Assembly (NCBI GenBank): GCA_963793305.1
Contig: CAWBZV010000005.1
Coordinates: 256,001-320,000, forward strand
From: an uncultured Gemmatimonadales bacterium
GTDB taxonomy: Bacteria; Gemmatimonadota; Gemmatimonadetes; Gemmatimonadales; Gemmatimonadaceae
DNA length: 64,000 bases
Direction of reading: 5' to 3'
Shown here: one piece after another, positions 32,789-43,383 of the stretch
How positions within the stretch are numbered: position 1 is the first letter of the stretch
Layout of the letters: every line of letters starts with the position of its first letter
Made by a program: the position numbers and the translations under genes
The notes under the pieces: generated by a model
The model's input: the letters and a program-made list of their open reading frames with translations, nothing else
What the model was told of the DNA's origin: nothing
The model's database searches: none

Positions 32789-33960
32789 AACCCCAGGAAC
32801 GCCTGTTCCAAATCTTCGAGCAGATCCTCGACATCCTCGACGCCACACGAGAGCCGAATGAGGCCGTCGCCGATCCCGAGCTCCGCCCGCCGCTCAGGTG
32901 GCACTGACGCATGCGTCATCATGGCAGGGAGGCTGATCAAACTCTCGACACCGCCGAGCGACTCGGCGAGTGAGAATACCCTCACGCGCTCCAACACTTT
33001 CCTCGCGCAATCAGTCGTACCGAGGTCGACGGAAATCATGCCGCCGAACCCGCTCATCTGCCGAACCGCGAGCTCGTGCTGCGGGTGAGAAGGGAGCCCA
33101 GGATAGATGACGCGGTCTGCGCCAACCCGGTCGACGAGCCAGTTGGCGATCTGCCGGCCGTTCGCGTCGTGTCGGGGCATGCGGAGGTGCAGCGTTTTGG
33201 TTCCTCTGAGCGCGAGCCACGAGTCAAAGGGCCCAGGTACGGCCCCGGCAGCGTTTTGCAAAAATGTGAGTCGCTCGGCGAGACCGTCGTCCCGCACGAT
33301 GGCGATGCCGCCGACCATATCGCTGTGGCCATTGAGGTATTTAGTCGTCGAGTGATATACAATGTCCGCTCCCGAACCAATTTCCAGCGGCCGTTGGAAA
33401 AACGGCGTGGCGAACGTATTGTCAACAATCAGCAAGGCGCCGGCGCGGTGAGCGATCTCGGCCATAGCTGCGAGATCAGTCAGCCGCATCAACGGGTTGG
33501 TCGGCGTCTCGACCAGCACCGCGACCGTCTTTTGACTGATCGCGTCGACTACGCGCTGGGGATCGCGCGTATCGACAAAGGTGAAGCGGAGACCGAAATG
33601 CTCCAGCACCCGGTCGAACAGCCGAAACGTTCCGCCGTAGGTATTGTCGCCACAAATGATGTGGTCGCCCGAGCGGAACAATTTCATGATCGTGTCCAGG
33701 CATCCCATGCCGCTCGAAAACGCGAATCCGTGTGTGCCGCCCTCGAGGGCCGCGACATTCCGCTCCAGCGCCTGCCTGGTGGGATTCGTGCCACGCGCGT
33801 ATTCGTACCCCTTGTGCCTGCCCAGTCCGTCCTGTACAAAGGTGGAAGTCTGGTAGATCGGGGTCATGACGGCGCCGGACACAGGGTCCGGCCGCTGGCC
33901 AGCGTGGATCGCGCGCGTCGCGAACCGCGCTACTAGGTCGTCGTCGAAGACGCGAGTCAT
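32785..33960 (-). CDS. PLP-dependent cystathionine gamma-synthase/gamma-lyase
   Basis: TRAIHAGQ, YARGTNPT, ETPTNP, DNTFATP, STTKYLNGHSD, AESLGGVESL. Confidence 0.93.
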   Translation of the reverse strand: MTRVFDDDLVARFATRAIHAGQRPDPVSGAVMTPIYQTSTFVQDGLGRHKGYEYARGTNPTRQALERNVAALEGGTHGFAFSSGMGCLDTIMKLFRSGDHIICGDNTYGGTFRLFDRVLEHFGLRFTFVDTRDPQRVVDAISQKTVAVLVETPTNPLMRLTDLAAMAEIAHRAGALLIVDNTFATPFFQRPLEIGSGADIVYHSTTKYLNGHSDMVGGIAIVRDDGLAERLTFLQNAAGAVPGPFDSWLALRGTKTLHLRMPRHDANGRQIANWLVDRVGADRVIYPGLPSHPQHELAVRQMSGFGGMISVDLGTTDCARKVLERVRVFSLAESLGGVESLISLPAMMTHASVPPERRAELGIGDGLIRLSCGVEDVEDLLEDLEQAFLGL

Positions 33961-33975
33961 GGAGCGATCAAGATA

Positions 33976-35064
33976 ATGGACGGGGTACCAGGCGGCGACC
34001 CGACACGCCGCTGCCTCGTCGTGGACGACGAGCCGCGGCTGCGCCAAGTGCTCATGCGCCTCATGGAAGGCGAGGGCTTCGAGTGCTTCGAGGCCTCGTC
34101 TGGCGCTGGTGCAATAGAGGTATTGCGCCATACGCCGGTCACGCTCGTGCTCACCGACCTGCGGATGCCGCAGATGGACGGCATCGAGCTCTTGCGGCAA
34201 GTGCGGCTCCAGTACCCGGACACGGCCGTCGTGCTCGTTACCGCCGTCGCTGACGTCGATATCGCCGTCAGCTGCCTGGCGATCGGCGCGATGGACTACC
34301 TCATGAAGCCGTTCAATCTCGATGAGGTCCGCGCGCGCGTCGCCCAAGCCCTCGAGAAACGCCGGCTCTTAGTCGAGAACCGAGGCTACCAGGAACGCCT
34401 GGAAGAGCGCGTCCAAGCTCAAGCACGCCGCCTGGAAGAATTATTCCTGGCCAGCATGCAAGCGTTCGCCGAAGCGCTCGAAGTAAAGGACAGATACACC
34501 CGCGGCCACTCGGTCCGCGTGAGCCAATACTCGGCTGCTATCGCACGCGCCTTGGGACTGCCGTCGGAAGTTGTCCGCCAAATCGAAATCGGCGGCCACG
34601 TTCATGATATCGGCAAAATCGGCGTGCGCGAGTCGGTTCTCAACAAGCCGGGACCGCTGACCGACGAAGAGTACGAGCACATCATGACGCACCCCATGGT
34701 GGGATGGAGGATCCTCGCTCCGATCCTGGGTGATGCCCCGCTCGCGCTCAATATCGTGAGATCGCACCACGAACGATTTGATGGCCGTGGCATTCCGGAT
34801 GGCTTGGCGGGAACAGCGATCCCACTCGAAGCGCGAATAGCGGCGGTCGCTGATGCGTTCGACGCGATGACGAGCGGCCGCGCCTATCGCCGCGGAGGCC
34901 GCCTCGGTCTCGACGCGGCGTTGGCCGAGATGCGACGCTGTAACGGAACGCAATTCGATCCCGAAGTCCTGACAGCATTCGTGAATGCGATCGACACCGG
35001 GGCGATCACACTCGCGGCCATTTCGATCAGCGGCGACTACCCGGCCGTGGGCCGGCTCACCTAG
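33976..35064 (+). CDS. Response regulator with HD-GYP phosphodiesterase domain
   Basis: REC (VVDDE, TDLRMP, KPF); YTRGHS.RV, HDIGK, HHERFDG.GIP. Confidence 0.92.
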   Translation: MDGVPGGDPTRRCLVVDDEPRLRQVLMRLMEGEGFECFEASSGAGAIEVLRHTPVTLVLTDLRMPQMDGIELLRQVRLQYPDTAVVLVTAVADVDIAVSCLAIGAMDYLMKPFNLDEVRARVAQALEKRRLLVENRGYQERLEERVQAQARRLEELFLASMQAFAEALEVKDRYTRGHSVRVSQYSAAIARALGLPSEVVRQIEIGGHVHDIGKIGVRESVLNKPGPLTDEEYEHIMTHPMVGWRILAPILGDAPLALNIVRSHHERFDGRGIPDGLAGTAIPLEARIAAVADAFDAMTSGRAYRRGGRLGLDAALAEMRRCNGTQFDPEVLTAFVNAIDTGAITLAAISISGDYPAVGRLT

Positions 35065-35073
35065 CTTTGAGCG

Positions 35074-36610
35074 ATGTCCAATGCTGGGTTGATGATCAGT
35101 GTCTCCGGAGTCCGGGGCCGCGTAGGCGAAGCCCTGACCCCGGAAGTGATCGCGACCTACGCCGCCGCCTTCGGCGCCTGGGCTAAACAGAACCGCCTGC
35201 ACGACCGCCCACTGGCAGCACCGACCCGCCCACACGACCGCCCACTGGCGGCGCCGACCCGCCCACACGACCGCCCGCTTGCAGGACCAACCCGCCCAGA
35301 TGCGACGAGTGGCGAAGCCACACCGGTAGTAGCACCGACCCATCCAGAGGCGACGAGTGGCGAAGCCACGAGGAGTGCAGTTGTCGTCGGCCGCGACAGC
35401 CGCGTCTCAGGCCCGATGTTCACCCGCGTGGTAATCGCAGCGCTGCAGTCGGTCGGCTGCGACGTAATCGACGTTGGCCTCGCGCCGACACCGACCGTCC
35501 AACTGGCCGTCGAGTGGCATCACGCCGCCGGTGGCCTGGCGATTACGGCCAGCCATAACCCGATCGAGTGGAACGCCCTCAAGTTCATCGCGCCGAGCGG
35601 CCTATTCTTGTCGAGCGCCGAAGGCGCCGAGATGCGCACGGCGATGGAGCGCGGCATCCCCCGCGCAACGTGGGACTGCCTCGGCCAGGTCACATTCCGA
35701 CCCTGAGGCGATCTCCCGCCATATCGAGGCAATCCTCGCGCTGCCGTACGTCGACGTACCGGCAATGCGCCGTCGCCGCTTCCACGTCGCGCTCGACTGC
35801 GTCCGGGGCGCCGGCGCGACGATCATGCCGGAGCTCTTAGACCGTCTCGGCTGCCGCGTCACCGCCATAAATCTCGAAACCGACGGCCGCTTCCCCCGTC
35901 CGCCAGAGCCGGTCGCCGAGAACCTCGGCGATCTGGAGCGCTTGGTCCGCGAATCGCACGCCGACATCGGGATGGCCGTTGACCCGGATGTCGACCGCCT
36001 AGCCCTCGTGGACGAAACGGGCTCGGCGATCGGCGAAGACTACACGCTAGCCTTGGCCGCCGGCGCCGTGCTGCGCCGCACGAAAGGCCCGGTGGTGACC
36101 AACCTGTCCACCAGTCGGGTGGTCGACGATGCCGCCGCCCTCGCGGGCGTCGAAGTGATCCGAGCCCCGGTCGGCGAGGTCAACGTCGCCATCCGGATGC
36201 GGGACGAAGGCTCCCCGGTCGGCGGTGAAGGCAACGGCGGGGTGATCGTCAAAGACTTGCACCTCGGCCGCGACGCACCCGCTGGCGCGGCCCTGGTGCT
36301 GCAGTTGCTATTGGAAGCCGATGCGCCGCTGTCGAGAATCGTCGGCGACCGGCCACGTTATGCCATCGTAAAGGACAAACTCGACCGTCCGTCGGGAAGT
36401 TTAGATTCCGTCTACGCAGCGTTGCGGACCGCCTTTGCCGGAGCCGGGGTAAATACCGCCGACGGCATCCGGTTCGCTTGGGCAGATCGCTGGGTCCACG
36501 TCCGGCCGAGTGGCACGGAGCCGGTCGTTCGGGTGATCGCCGAAGCGCCGACGGAAGCTCTCGCTCGCGAATTAGTGGAGCGGTCTCGCTCTTATCTCTT
36601 GGGTCAATAA
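35074..36610 (+). CDS. glmM: Phosphohexomutase, probably phosphoglucosamine mutase; in-frame repeat insert and apparent +1 frameshift near 35698
   Basis: SGVRG, GRDSR, TASHNP, DPDVDR, GGEGNGG, RPSGTEP; directly upstream of glmS. Confidence 0.8.
35200..35373 (+). repeat. In-frame coding repeat: 3 x 33 bp plus 2 x GCGACGAGTGGCGAAGCCAC
   Basis: Encodes (HDRPLA[A/G]PTRP)x3 and ATSGEAT x2 within glmM. Confidence 0.9.
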
Positions 36611-36613
36611 ATC

Positions 36614-38437
36614 ATGTGTGGAATCGTCGGATACGTCGGCCCGCGCTCGGCCGCCCCGGTGCTCATCGACGGCCTCAAGCGCCTCGAATACCGCGGCTAT
36701 GACTCCGCGGGCGTGGCCGTCATGAACGGGCGGCTCGAAACGCGGAAGCAAAAGGGAAAGATCTCCAATCTGGAGTTGCTGCTCGACGCCGAGCCGGTCG
36801 AGGGGTCAATCGGGATCGCGCACACCCGCTGGGCGACGCACGGCGCGCCGAACCAGTGCAACGCGCACCCGCAGCTCGACTGCAAGGGTGAGATCGCCGT
36901 CGTTCACAACGGCATTATCGAGAACGCCACCGCGCTCCGCCGCATGCTCGAGGAGCACGGGCACCTCTTCGTCTCCGAGACCGACACCGAAGTCCTGTCG
37001 CACCTGATCGAGGCCGCGTTCGATGGCTCGCTCGAGGACGCGGTCATGGAAGCGCTGCACCAGGTCGAAGGCGCGTACGCGATTGGCGTGCTGTGCAGCC
37101 GCGATCCCGACAAGATCGTCGCCGCCCGCCGGGGCGGTCCCCTCCTCGTGGGCCTCGGCGACGGCGAGTACTACATCGCGAGCGACGCGTCGGCGATTCT
37201 GGCGCACACCCGCGAGGTGGTCTATCTGGAAGACGGCGATCTCGCGGTCCTCGACCGGAACGGCTACCGGATCCTCGACCTGAACGCGACGACGCTCCAC
37301 CGGCGGGTGACCAAGATCGACTGGGACCTCGCCCAGATCGAGCGTGGCGGCTACGCGCATTTCATGCTCAAGGAGATCTTCGAGCAGCCGGAGACGATCG
37401 CCAACACCATGGCCGGCCGGTTGCTGGCCGACGAAGCGACCGCGAAACTGTCCGGGCTCAACCTGACCGACGACGAGTTGCTGGCGATCGACAACATCAT
37501 CATCACCGCCTGCGGCACGAGCTGGCACTCGGCCCTGATTGGCGAGCAGATGATCGAAGAACTGACTCGCGTGCCGGTCGAAGTCGAATACGCGTCCGAA
37601 TTCCGGTATCGCAACCCGATCGTCACCAATCGCACACTGTGTATCGTGATCTCGCAGTCGGGCGAGACAGCCGACACGCTCGCCGCAATGCGCGAAGCGC
37701 AGCGGCGTGGTGCCCGTACCTTAGGGATCGTGAACGTCGTTGGCTCAACGATCGCCCGAGAGGCAGGCGCAGGGATATACCTCCATGCTGGGCCGGAGAT
37801 CGGCGTTGCCTCCACGAAGGCATTCACGAGCCAGGTCGTGGCCCTGGCGATGTTCACGCTCAAACTCGGCCGACTCAAAGCCCTCTCGTCGCTCCGCGGT
37901 AGCGAGATCATTCACGCGCTCGAAGCACTGCCGGGTCAGGTGAAGGGCATTCTCGACCGAGCGCACGAGATCGAGGAGTTGGCCGAAGAGTTCAAGCGAG
38001 CCACGAATTTCTTGTACCTCGGCCGCGGCTACAATTTCCCGACGGCGCTCGAAGGGGCGCTCAAGCTGAAAGAGATCAGCTACATCCACGCCGAGGGCTA
38101 CCCGGCGGCGGAGATGAAGCACGGCCCGATTGCGCTGATCGACGAGATGATGCCGGTGGTCTTTATTGCCCCACACGATTCTGTGTTCGACAAAGTGGTG
38201 TCGAACGTGCAAGAAGTGAAGGCGCGTCGCGGCACCGTGATCGCGATCACGAGCCGCGACGAGCCATCGCTCAAGGGAAAGCTGAACTACGACTTCCGCA
38301 TTCCCGAGACGATCGACATGCTGACGCCGATCCTGGCCTCGGTGCCATTGCAGCTGCTCGCCTACTACGTCGCCGTCAAGCGCGGCGCGAACGTCGATCA
38401 GCCGCGCAACTTGGCCAAGTCCGTCACGGTCGAGTAG
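36614..38437 (+). CDS. glmS: Glutamine-fructose-6-phosphate transaminase
   Basis: MCGIVG, LEYRGYDSAG, HTRWATHG, SQSGETADT, PRNLAKSVTVE. Confidence 0.98.
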   Translation: MCGIVGYVGPRSAAPVLIDGLKRLEYRGYDSAGVAVMNGRLETRKQKGKISNLELLLDAEPVEGSIGIAHTRWATHGAPNQCNAHPQLDCKGEIAVVHNGIIENATALRRMLEEHGHLFVSETDTEVLSHLIEAAFDGSLEDAVMEALHQVEGAYAIGVLCSRDPDKIVAARRGGPLLVGLGDGEYYIASDASAILAHTREVVYLEDGDLAVLDRNGYRILDLNATTLHRRVTKIDWDLAQIERGGYAHFMLKEIFEQPETIANTMAGRLLADEATAKLSGLNLTDDELLAIDNIIITACGTSWHSALIGEQMIEELTRVPVEVEYASEFRYRNPIVTNRTLCIVISQSGETADTLAAMREAQRRGARTLGIVNVVGSTIAREAGAGIYLHAGPEIGVASTKAFTSQVVALAMFTLKLGRLKALSSLRGSEIIHALEALPGQVKGILDRAHEIEELAEEFKRATNFLYLGRGYNFPTALEGALKLKEISYIHAEGYPAAEMKHGPIALIDEMMPVVFIAPHDSVFDKVVSNVQEVKARRGTVIAITSRDEPSLKGKLNYDFRIPETIDMLTPILASVPLQLLAYYVAVKRGANVDQPRNLAKSVTVE

Positions 38438-38447
38438 GTCGAGCCCA

Positions 38448-38886
38448 CTGCGCGCGCTGCTGCAGCGCGTCTCACGCGCCGAGGTCCGCGTCGGCGCCCG
38501 CGTGGCGGGCCGCATCGAGCGCGGCCTGCTCGTCTTGGTCGGCTACACGCACGATGATGGCGAAGCACAACTGGTCTGGATGACCGACAAGATCCTCGGC
38601 CTCCGTATTTTCAGCGACGCGGACGACAAGAATGAATTTGTCTCTCGCCAACGTCGACGGCGCGGTGCTCGTCGTCTCCCAGTTCACGCTCTATGGCGAC
38701 GCCGTGAAAGGTCGCCGGCCGAGTTTCATTGACGCCGCGCGCCCGGAAGTCGCCGTGCCCCTCTATGAGCGCTTTGTCGGGCTCCTCCGGGAGCGCGGCG
38801 CCAAAGTCGAGACGGGTGAGTTCGGCGCCATGATGGAGGTCGAGTTGGTGAACGACGGCCCGGTGACGCTGTGGCTCGAGCGCTAA
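38448..38886 (+). CDS. dtd: D-aminoacyl-tRNA deacylase; CTG start, apparent +1 frameshift near 38631
   Basis: (M)RALLQRV..A.V, LRIF.D...KMNLS, VSQFTL, GRRPSF, NDGPVT. Confidence 0.9.
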
Positions 38887-40073
38887 AAGTCTGCCTCGTC
38901 TCTCCGGCGCCGATCTGGGTCAACCCGCGGCTCCGGAAAGAAGCCGACGCACTCCATGCCGCGGGCTACGATGTCGTCGTCGGCTACCGCCTCGATGGCG
39001 ACGCCACGCGCGATGACGCGATCCTGGCGACCAAGCCATGGCCGTGGTACCGGTTGGATGTCAGCCGCACCCGCGCTCCCGTCCGTTGGCTAACGTCAGC
39101 CCTCCGCGAGCGCCTGGCGGGGATGCTCGGCCTCGACGCCCAAGCCTATTGCCGCGGCTATCCGGCGCTTTTGCGCTGGGCGATCGCGCAGCGAGCCGAC
39201 CTGTACATCGCCCACACACAGCCGGCATTGGCGATAGCCGCCGAGGCCGCGAAGGCGACCGGCGCGCCCTACGCGTTCGATTGCGAGGATCTCCTGGCCG
39301 AGGAGACGGCGGACGGCTTGCGGTCCGCCCCTCGTCGAGAGATGATCCGCCGGCTCGAACGCCGATATTTGCCGGGCGCCGCGTACGTCTCCGCGACGTC
39401 GCAGCCAATGGCCGACTATCTCGTGCGGCAATATGGCCTGACGCGGGTGCATGTCTGGCACAACTGCTTCCCGCGGTCTGAGCTCTCCACGCTCGCCCCA
39501 CCCGCGGCCCGCCCGCTAGGCGAGACGGTCGATCTCGCCTGGATGGGTGCGACGATAGGCCACGGCCGCGGTCTCGAAGATGTCTTCGCCGTACTCCCCA
39601 CACTCGATCCGCGCATCCGCCTGTATCTCTACGGAAACCTGATGGAGTCGCACCGCGAATGGTTGTCGGCGCTCGGCCAGCGGGTGGTAGTCCGCCCACT
39701 CCCGCCGGCGGCCGAGGTGATGCCGACGCTCGCGCGCCATCACATTGGCCTGACGCCCGACCGCGCCGACTCACTGAATCTCAGTCTCACCATCTGCAAC
39801 AAGTTCTTTCTGTATCTGCAGTCCGGACTCGCGCTGGTCGCCACCGACCTCCCAGGCCAGATGTCGGTCCTGGGTCCGCACCCCGAGATCGGCGCGGCGT
39901 ATCGTCCAGGCGACACCGATGCGCTGAGGTCGATCCTGCGCTCGCTGACCGACCGCGCCACACTCGCGGCGCGCCAGTCGGCCGCCTGGGAGCTCGGTTG
40001 CACGACGTATTCGTGGGACGTTGAACAGGCGCTATTCCTCGACGCGGTCCGGGCGACGGCGGGCGCCGATTAG
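38871..40073 (+). CDS. Glycosyltransferase (GT4-like)
   Basis: NPRL.KEADAL..AGYDV, RGLED, NKFF.YL.SGL..VATD. Confidence 0.8.
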   Translation: MARALKVCLVSPAPIWVNPRLRKEADALHAAGYDVVVGYRLDGDATRDDAILATKPWPWYRLDVSRTRAPVRWLTSALRERLAGMLGLDAQAYCRGYPALLRWAIAQRADLYIAHTQPALAIAAEAAKATGAPYAFDCEDLLAEETADGLRSAPRREMIRRLERRYLPGAAYVSATSQPMADYLVRQYGLTRVHVWHNCFPRSELSTLAPPAARPLGETVDLAWMGATIGHGRGLEDVFAVLPTLDPRIRLYLYGNLMESHREWLSALGQRVVVRPLPPAAEVMPTLARHHIGLTPDRADSLNLSLTICNKFFLYLQSGLALVATDLPGQMSVLGPHPEIGAAYRPGDTDALRSILRSLTDRATLAARQSAAWELGCTTYSWDVEQALFLDAVRATAGAD

Positions 40074-40724
40074 GAGACCCTGCCAACCCACGATCACGAT
40101 CCACAGGGTGCTGGCGACCCAGAAGAGGGCGAAGATGTTGTTCAGCACATCGAGATCCCTCGCGCGGAAGAGCCTAACGAACAGAACGACTTCGACGATG
40201 CCGATGAAAAACAGTCCCGCCGAATACAGCGCGATGATGACGATGCGCCGGAGCGGCGACGGCATGGCGGGATCCGGTGCGTCCTTGACTCGCTCGGCGT
40301 GATAATCGCCCGCCACGGCGCGATCCAGGTCGCGAATCTGCACCGTCGTGTGCGTGAGCTTGTCGTGAAGCGCTTGGTGCCGGCGCGTGAACGCCATCGC
40401 GATGCCCGACGGCAAGCCGAATACGGTCTTGAGCACGAACCGCACGAACGCGCGCCAGAACGGCGGATTGCCGCCGGTTGCGTCATCCACCACGCGCAGG
40501 TTCGCCGCGCGCTGGCCAATCGTCGCGCCGAAGCCCCACACCAGGAGTGGCTCATAGAGGAAGATGAGCCCGTAGAAGAGGACGACGAGCACCCGACCGG
40601 AGCCCGGCACGTTCCGCGTGAAATCTCCCCCGATCGCGATGGCCACGATGCCGAATCCCACTACCATCGCATCCAGAGCGACCGCCCAGAGGCGGCGGCC
40701 GAACGCCGCGTAGGCCGGCGTCAT
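40032..40724 (-). CDS. RDD family membrane protein
   Basis: YA.FGRRL.A..LD, GAT.G.R...LRVVD, RHQALHDK. Confidence 0.85.
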   Translation of the reverse strand: MTPAYAAFGRRLWAVALDAMVVGFGIVAIAIGGDFTRNVPGSGRVLVVLFYGLIFLYEPLLVWGFGATIGQRAANLRVVDDATGGNPPFWRAFVRFVLKTVFGLPSGIAMAFTRRHQALHDKLTHTTVQIRDLDRAVAGDYHAERVKDAPDPAMPSPLRRIVIIALYSAGLFFIGIVEVVLFVRLFRARDLDVLNNIFALFWVASTLWIVIVGWQGLLIGARRRPDRVEE

Positions 40725-41083
40725 TGGATGACTGCCAGGGCAAGCAGAGCCCCGACGAATACGAGTGGAAAGAGCTTCGCTGCGAGGACAAACGGACCCT
40801 TCATGGGCTCAGCCGTGAGGTGTGGGCCGAGACGGAACCCCGCGATGAGTAACCCCGGACACGCGATGAAAACCAGAAATGCGAATCCGAGTGATGCCGC
40901 GCCGGACCAATACCAGAATAAGTCGGTCAGCAGCAATTCGAGCAGCCCGCCGTAGGCGAAGTAGCACCAGAACGCGAGCCAGCGGAGCCGGCGGTCAGCC
41001 ATGCGTCGCCGCAGCACGAGATAGTGTGCCAATCCTAGGGGCGGCGGCACGAAATTGACGACGATCCCCACCCAGCTGGGCAT
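40721..41083 (-). CDS. Small hypothetical membrane protein
   Basis: About 4 TM helices; coupled to the RDD gene by a 4-bp overlap. Confidence 0.55.
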   Translation of the reverse strand: MPSWVGIVVNFVPPPLGLAHYLVLRRRMADRRLRWLAFWCYFAYGGLLELLLTDLFWYWSGAASLGFAFLVFIACPGLLIAGFRLGPHLTAEPMKGPFVLAAKLFPLVFVGALLALAVIQ

Positions 41084-41090
41084 GGCGTGA

Positions 41091-41603
41091 TCAGGGAATC
41101 GGCACGCGCACTCCAAACTGGAACGGAATGAACGCGTAGCTGGACGGCAAGTAGTCAATGTGGTACCGGAATTCGAAAAATGGCTGGACCGGCCCGATTG
41201 GATAGCGGGCCCCCGCTCCGATGTTGAGCCCAGGGTCGACGCGATTGGCGCTGTAGATGCTGAAAATGTAGGCGCCGCCACCAGCGAGCACGTACGGGCG
41301 GAGCCGCGTCCCGGGGAGCGGGGGATCGACGATCACGTCGAAGGCGATGCGCGTGACATGCTCCGCGACCTGGGAGAATCCCCCAAAACCGACACGGTCC
41401 CACCCGACTTCGGCGCGAAACGCGATCGGCAATTTGGGGGCCGGATGCCAGTCGACCGCGCCCATGAGATCCAACCCCGCGGTGCGACCTTCGCTCAGAC
41501 CAACGGGCACCGTGACGCCGACGCTGCCATCCACGGCCCACTGCGCCGACGCAGGTGCGGCCGACGCCATCACGAGCGCCGCAACCACGATTCGTGTGTT
41601 CAT
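41091..41603 (-). CDS. Small outer-membrane beta-barrel protein (OmpA/OmpW-like TM domain)
   Basis: Signal peptide (ASAQ), RPYVLAGGG, N.GAG.RY, terminal aromatic strand. Confidence 0.75.
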   Translation of the reverse strand: MNTRIVVAALVMASAAPASAQWAVDGSVGVTVPVGLSEGRTAGLDLMGAVDWHPAPKLPIAFRAEVGWDRVGFGGFSQVAEHVTRIAFDVIVDPPLPGTRLRPYVLAGGGAYIFSIYSANRVDPGLNIGAGARYPIGPVQPFFEFRYHIDYLPSSYAFIPFQFGVRVPIP

Positions 41604-41681
41604 GGGCGATGAGTGTGCCGCGCCGCTCCAGTTGTGGCAAGAGTGGGCGATCCGCCGTTACAGACGCTACTCTTTCGCGCC

Positions 41682-42290
41682 ATGCAGGTGATCCTGGCAT
41701 CGCAGTCGCCGCGGCGGCGCGACCTCCTGAACCTGATCGGCATCGCGCACACCGTGCGCCCAGCAGATATCGACGAGACGCCGTTGCCGGGCGAATCTCC
41801 GGTCGCCTGCGTCGAGCGCCTCGCGCGAGCGAAGGCGCGACGGATCGCCTCGAGCGAGCCGGAAGCGCTGGTGATCGCCGCCGACACCATCGTCGTGATC
41901 GACGATCGGATCCTCAACAAGCCGACGGACGTCGACGACGCGCGGCGGATGCTGCGCACGTTGCAAGGTCGCCGGCATGATGTCTACACGGCGGTTTGCG
42001 CGACGTTGGATGGCCGCGAGGCAGCCGGTGTCGAGGATACCGGTGTCTGGTTTCGCCCGCTCACGGATGCGGAGATCGACGCCTACATCGCCACGGGCGA
42101 GCCAATGGACAAGGCCGGCGCGTACGGCATCCAAGGCTACGGCGCCACGACCGTCGAACGCGTCGACGGCGATTTCTTTACGGTCGTCGGGTTGCCTCTG
42201 GTTCGCCTCACTCGCTTATTGACCGGGATCGGAGTCACGTACGATTTCGGCCAATTACGGCACTCACCCTCTGGGTCGGCGCGTCCGTAG
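41682..42290 (+). CDS. maf: Maf nucleoside triphosphate pyrophosphatase
   Basis: ILASQSPRRR.LL, DIDE, AADTIV, KP, EPMDKAGAYGIQG. Confidence 0.93.
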   Translation: MQVILASQSPRRRDLLNLIGIAHTVRPADIDETPLPGESPVACVERLARAKARRIASSEPEALVIAADTIVVIDDRILNKPTDVDDARRMLRTLQGRRHDVYTAVCATLDGREAAGVEDTGVWFRPLTDAEIDAYIATGEPMDKAGAYGIQGYGATTVERVDGDFFTVVGLPLVRLTRLLTGIGVTYDFGQLRHSPSGSARP

Positions 42291-42303
42291 CTTCAGGACT
42301 ACC

Positions 42304-43383
42304 ATGCTCACACTTGCCTTGCTCGCCGCACTGCTGCGGCCGCCCGTCGACACGTTCGTCGTCGACTCGTTCAAGTTCGAGAGCGGCGTCACGCTGCCGA
42401 ATGTGAAGATCGTGTACGCGACGTACGGCCAGCTCAACGCCGCTCGCGACAACGCCGTCCTGGCGCCGTCGCACTACATGGCCGACCACAACGGCTACAA
42501 CTGGCTCCTCGGTCCCGGTCAGGCGTTGGACACGACTCGCTATTTCGTCGTCGCGACGGAGATGTTCGGCAATGGCCACTCCTCGAGTCCGAGCAACACC
42601 CCAGAGCCGTTCCACGGGCCGCGGTTCCCGGCGGTTTCGATTCGCGACAACGTGCGCATCGTGCACCAGTTGCTGACCGACTCGCTGCACCTCACGCACC
42701 TGCGGGCGATCGTCGGCTTCTCGATGGGCGCCGAGCAGGCATTCCAATGGGCGGTATCGTATCCGGCCTTCGCCGATCGCATCGTCGCCACGTCCGGTAC
42801 CGCGAAATGCTATCCACACGGCGTGGTTCGCCTCGAGGGCCAGATCGCCGCGCTCGAGGCCGATGCTTCGTTCCAGGCTGGCGATTACACGGCTGAGCCA
42901 CTGCGCGGCATCCGCGCGTTCGGCACCGTCTGGGCCGCCTGGCTTTTCTCTCAGGAATGGTGGCGTACCGAGCTGTGGAAAGCCGACACGTCCAACGGTC
43001 ACTCGTTCGAGGACGTCCTCTCGCGCATCGTCGACGATTTCACGCACAACGATGCCAACGACATGATCCTTCAAGCCCGCATGTGGGAGAGTCATGATAT
43101 CGGCACCACGCCGGGCTATAACGGGGACATCGAACGCGCATTGCGCGCCATCACGATTCCCGTGCTCTACATGCCGTCAGAGACCGATCTCTATTTCCCG
43201 GTGGGCGATGCGAAATACGAGGCGCAGTTCATCCCGCACGTCACGCTCGCGGCGATTCCGTCTTTGTGGGGCCACCCCGCCGGCGCCGGCGCCAGCCCCG
43301 CCGACCTCGCGTTCCTGAACCGGACGATCAGCGACTTCCTACGAGGATCGGTAGCGGTCCTGCCACAGGGCAACGCGCGCTAG
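42304..43383 (+). CDS. Exported alpha/beta hydrolase, homoserine O-acetyltransferase-like
   Basis: Y.TYG.LN..RDN, SSSPSN, GFSMG, DLYFP, WGH. Confidence 0.8.
   Translation: MLTLALLAALLRPPVDTFVVDSFKFESGVTLPNVKIVYATYGQLNAARDNAVLAPSHYMADHNGYNWLLGPGQALDTTRYFVVATEMFGNGHSSSPSNTPEPFHGPRFPAVSIRDNVRIVHQLLTDSLHLTHLRAIVGFSMGAEQAFQWAVSYPAFADRIVATSGTAKCYPHGVVRLEGQIAALEADASFQAGDYTAEPLRGIRAFGTVWAAWLFSQEWWRTELWKADTSNGHSFEDVLSRIVDDFTHNDANDMILQARMWESHDIGTTPGYNGDIERALRAITIPVLYMPSETDLYFPVGDAKYEAQFIPHVTLAAIPSLWGHPAGAGASPADLAFLNRTISDFLRGSVAVLPQGNAR

Noticed and set aside
36590..36614. glmS ribozyme
   Set aside because: Only 3 bp separate glmM and glmS, leaving no room for it
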